From Antedon mediterranea (Eukaryota > Animalia > Echinodermata): a stretch of 64,000 bases of DNA. Shown piece by piece: positions 59,701 to 64,000 of this stretch. The stretch lies in contig NC_092672.1 of the NCBI RefSeq assembly GCF_964355755.1, positions 18,985,237 to 19,049,236 of the forward strand, given 5' to 3'. Below the pieces are notes generated by a model, which did no database searches, had not been told where the DNA came from, and worked only from the letters and a program-made list of their open reading frames with translations. Position 1 is the first letter of the stretch. Each line of letters begins with the position of its first letter. The translations under genes and the position numbers were made by a program.

Positions 59701-62700
59701 GTGAGTTTCTAGTTGACCAGAGATCTGTGTTTCTCTGTAGTACATTAAGTTGACGAATTAGAGAAATTGCTGGCACACAAGGAATGGACAGAAAGAGTCA
59801 CATTTTCAGTTTGTTTGATTTTTGTAGTGTAAGTAACATTTATTTTATTTTTTTTTATTTATTTTTTATTTATTTATTTTTTTTAATGATATATGATCAA
59901 AAATGTGATTTGAAAACATTTAAACCTTCAAAATCATTTCTGCTTTTGTCATCCCTTTGACTACTATCTTGGTAAAACTGAAAGATAAAACAAAAAAAAT
60001 TAACAAAACTGAATTTGTTTATTCTTTTTTATATTTTGGAACACAAACCAATTATATTATAAAAAAAATGGTTTTGAAGTAAATACTGAAGAATATTATC
60101 AACATATGATAAATGGCTATGTTGACAGCCAAAACAAAAACATTTTTTTTATTGAATAAGTCTACTGTCTGTATACATCTCATAGACTCTCTTCTCCCAT
60201 ATGTACTATTAGTCCATGGGATTTAGACTTTTAACTCACACAAATTGCAAGAAAAGGTTTTTTTGATGAAATGTGTTCTTTAGACCCTACTGAACACATT
60301 TATCAACGTTAGGACATTTTTCGACAACGGGAAGTAGCCTAATTTGCATAATTAAAAATGGCCGCCATTAATAACGTACTATGTATCTTGGAAACCGCTA
60401 GTCACAGATACTTAATTATAGTGTTAAAATCGTTAGAATATATGTTTTTATATTCACTGTAATGAAAAAGTTTGTCCAAAAATGAATAGAAGTGCTATTT
60501 CTAACATTATTGACCTTTGACCTTGAATTCTCATATCTCAGCAACCACTAATCAGAGATATACAAATTACTGAAAATATTCACTTTAAGAAAAAAATATT
60601 AGACTATGTATACATACATTATAGGTTTGGATTATTAATACATTTTAAATTAGGTCTTACATCTTACTTAGGAGAAAGTTGGTGTTGACACTATTAACAG
60701 GGCCAACAAACATGTATTATTAATCCCAGGGTCATTTTTTAGCTAAATCCCATGGACTATATGGGGTTTGAGCATGCTCAGTCCAAGTTTACAAATTCCA
60801 TAATTCTGTAATACAGTTTCCTAATACTTCCGTCCTCTTGAATATAATTGCCTAAAGGAGAGGCACGAAAAATGTGGAATAAATCATAAGATCAAAATGT
60901 TTATTAATTTATGAAGTGAGAAAAGGGTATTGGCTTGAACTTACCTAGCTGGTGCTTTTCTGGCGACCTGTGACCCAATGGAAGGAAGGTCAAGTAGAAC
61001 TGTCTTTAGAGAATGAGTATCAAGGAGTAACTGTTCAGCTCCAACTGTACTGATAGGTTTACATCTGTACAAGTGGTTTACAAATTGAGGAATGAAGGAG
61101 CTGTAGAATGAATTAGTGAAATATTTATAAATCTAAGTTTCAATATGAATTTTTGTATCAAGTTATGTTGTGTAAAAGTAGTTGAGGGTCACTGTACAAA
61201 TCTTTTAGTCTAAATTCTGTTTACCTAGTACCCACTCTATTCTAAGCAACACGTCCTACTGTACTGTACTGTTTTAAAATCTTGCCACTTCAAAATTGTT
61301 ACGCAAATCTAATAGTGGAAAGGTGTAATGTATTTTTTACCAAACATAAAACTATTTTTTTTAAAATTTATTTTCTAGACAGATTTAGGAACAATTGGGA
61401 AATGTACATCCAGATAATTGATTTCATCCACTTTTTACTTATATAATGTATTGCACTGTTACAGCTAATTGATTTCATCCACTTTTTACTTATATAATGT
61501 ATTGCACTGTTACAGCTAATTGATTTCATCCACTTTTTACTTATATAATGTATTGCACTGTTACAGCATACTACCTATCATTTTTATTTTCTACATTTTA
61601 TTTTCTTTTCTCTGATATGAAAACGATACAATACTATTTTTTTTTATAATATTTTAAATCAGCTGTTGCTTTACAGATTTTTTCGAGAGCTTTTCCAACG
61701 TTCGTAAGTCTGTGATTGACAGCGAAGTGTTTAAGGTGATTAAGGTTGCCGAACTTTCAACAACTTAAAAACATTAAAATAAACTTGAGTTTGTCCCGCA
61801 CAACAACATCATCAGTGCAATTTAATACGTTTTAGTTATATATACCTTTATACAGCTGAGTATTTAAATATTCAGATGGATTTTGTAATAAGTTATTTGT
61901 TTATTAAGAGATGGGTTATTTTGTTTTATATATACTTATTATACATTTATTTTTAATTTGTAGTTATTGACCTAGGATATTATTTTTAATGTGTTTGTAT
62001 GTGAATTTTAATCCCCACCCATATGTTCTTGAGTCTTTGTCTTTAGATGTTGGAAAGTTTCCCTGATGTAAGATGCATCACAGCCCCCACAATTAAATTT
62101 ATAGATGACATGGATTTAAGATCAAAAGGAATTCCTTTGTGCCTAGATCAATGCAGTAAACAAAATTTCATCACCTTAAACATTTTGGTGTCAATCAAGG
62201 ACTTACGAAAGCCCTTAACAAAATCCGCAGCAGCAGCAGCTGATGTAAGCTATTTTTAAAAAGTGCAAAAGACGTTTGGCTTGTTTCTAAAATGTATAAG
62301 ATACTGTACAATATATATTTTCAATACCACTGTAAATTTGAGAATTTTAACTTTATTTCAACAATACTAGTAAAATATAATCTACACATTATGTACAGCA
62401 TACATAAAACCTTAAGAAAAATGCACACTCATTAGTATATAGTATTAGAAGATATTAGATCAAAAAATAAAATAAAAGGTTTAATCATGAACCTTTAAAG
62501 TATAGTTTCATGGTTTAATTACTGTAAGAGAATGAGAGAGGAAGTTTTTTTAAAAAAGGCAGACAAGGAACCATATGTAAAAGGAGTAAATAATAAACGA
62601 TAGATGGAGCTGCATGGTTGCTATCGCAACCAAAAATTTGTTCAACGCTACTATGTTGATAAACATTATAAATTTGTTTCTATCAAATTATGTATCTTAG

Positions 62701-63485
62701 CTTGATTTTTTTTTCAACCTAAACTGTAGTTGAAGAATAAATAGATTATTAAAAACAAATATTTATTGATCCTTTGAAATTTTAGTTTGTTTTTATTGAA
62801 AATTATTGAAAATTTAAAAGTTTTAAAATGACTACTTTAATAAGCCTATTCCAAACCATTGGTGACCTTGAAGTCACACAGGCAGGTTGAACGTATTTTT
62901 TGGTTGACTAGCAACGCAGCGCCACCTACCGTCGTGGCGTCAGCACCGAAGAACTCAAAAGGAAATTGCAATAAGCAACAAAAGGCGGCTGATAAAAAGG
63001 TAAGTGAAATAAACAATTTGAGCTATCTGATGCTGATACCATGGACCTGGTCCAAGCTGATACTATTTCCTAAGTTCCTAATTAAAAGGGCATGGAAACA
63101 CAGTGAAGCCTTCTACCTTGTTATTAACCATACAGTCACCCTATTTTTTAATTGAATTTTGATTTGTAATTCATTGAATTGTTTTCAATATTGTGTTTTT
63201 GATGTCTCTCACATTTGCATGATCATTCATAAATACATGTACAAGTTAAATACTCACTTGACAAATTTAATACAGAATTGTGTGAAATACTTTCTAGCCG
63301 ATGCTAAATTATCCCTTATGTTTGGTAGAACTTGCTTAATATGCGAGGTGACTGCGGTGACATAGCTACTTTGATCTCCTACAGCCTCCACCACTGACCA
63401 GTTGACTTTGTTCATAGCTGTCAAGGCAGGTTCACAAAGAGCTTCAAGATCTTGTACCAGTAGATGAATACAGTTGGCTATAACA
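56761..63485 (-). CDS. VPS53: VPS53 (GARP complex subunit), last five coding exons; the 5' part lies beyond the window
   Basis: Exons 63485-63258, 61100-60945, 59977-59926, 57435-57331 and 56919-56761. Motifs [78 protein letters not shown]. Confidence 0.95.
57490..59612. repeat. 43-bp minisatellite interrupted by a foldback element
   Basis: Unit TTAAAACACCAGGTTAAAGGCACTCCACTCTGGTGGAATGTGT, containing the hairpin TCCAC-TCTG-GTGGA. Confidence 0.95.
58248..59289. mobile_element. Foldback element with TGT..ACA ends (Ginger-like)
   Basis: Long (~430 bp) imperfect TIRs starting TGTGGAGCCGTGAAATGTGCAAA; 5-bp TSD GCACT (58243-58247, 59290-59294). Confidence 0.8.
60210..60759. mobile_element. Academ-like MITE
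   Basis: 17-bp TIR TAGTCCATGGGATTTAG/CTAAATCCCATGGACTA; 3-bp TSD TAT. Confidence 0.7.
61415..61567. repeat. ~51-bp tandem repeat x3
   Basis: TAATTGATTTCATCCACTTTTTACTTATATAATGTATTGCACTGTTACAGC. Confidence 0.9.
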
Positions 63486-63743
63486 CTGTGAATATAACAA
63501 AAAAGTGTAACCATTTGTGACCAACCACACATGCAATAAGAGGTTAGGGTGACAGATCCTGTTCTATCAACCTATTGTGTGCGTCATCTATAATTATACT
63601 CGGCATTCGAAATTGGAGCAATGCTTTCAAATGTTTTAACCTCTGTTAAAACTAGATGTATGAATGTTTGTGGAACAAATAATTTCTTTCAGTGAAAATG
63701 AAAACCTTTTCATTTTGCTTCATCTCATGAAAATATAAACATT

Positions 63744-64000
63744 CAGGGCTCGATATTTCACTAGTCCGGCGTACAATGTCTAGTTAAAACTGCTCTGGGT
63801 TAGTCAATCTTCCACCCAACAAGCCCGGGTGTCTAGTGTGTAAATAATTAGGCTAGGCCTAGAGAATATTTAGGCCTAGACTTTTAAAATGCATTATTAA
63901 AATACTCTAGCCACTGGCCTAATTGTTTGTAGTCCATCATTTTTATAGAGCGCCTTCGCAATCACGTTCCTCGTTAACGTTAACGAAGGAGAGCAACTAA
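63744..64000. mobile_element. Probable left end of a hAT-like element, truncated by the window edge
   Basis: Starts CAGGGCTCG like 26380; the partner end is not visible. Confidence 0.35.

Overview
AT-rich eukaryotic (animal) genomic DNA, probably an echinoderm; this taxon call is inference from TAGGCCTA-rich tracts and the transposon spectrum. Four spliced host genes can be reconstructed. (1) An SH2B adaptor (- strand; coding exon 1 at 33446-32703, PH-domain exon 2 at 2017-1916, so 2018-32702 is one ~30.7 kb intron). (2) A 535-aa protein with TRMT1L-type zinc fingers but no methyltransferase domain (- strand, 48915-39345). (3) A 3-beta-HSD family gene (+ strand, 51668-53586). (4) The 3' exons of VPS53 (- strand). 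The SH2B intron is a nest of transposons. It holds a 14.1 kb piggyBac (TTAA, 14-bp TIRs) whose transposase has a spliced, tandemly amplified acidic N-terminus. An intact, identical-LTR Mag-type Ty3/gypsy element sits in the transposase's first intron, and tRNA-derived units sit in its repeated introns. The same SH2B intron also has Harbinger, TcMar, hAT and Zator elements, a Penelope remnant with a hammerhead-like motif, and two diverged copies of an unexplained ~340-nt sequence whose conservation looks like that of a structured RNA. Elsewhere there are Kolobok-, MULE-, Academ-, Ginger- and Helentron-like non-autonomous elements and several minisatellites. All calls were made by eye, with no database search.
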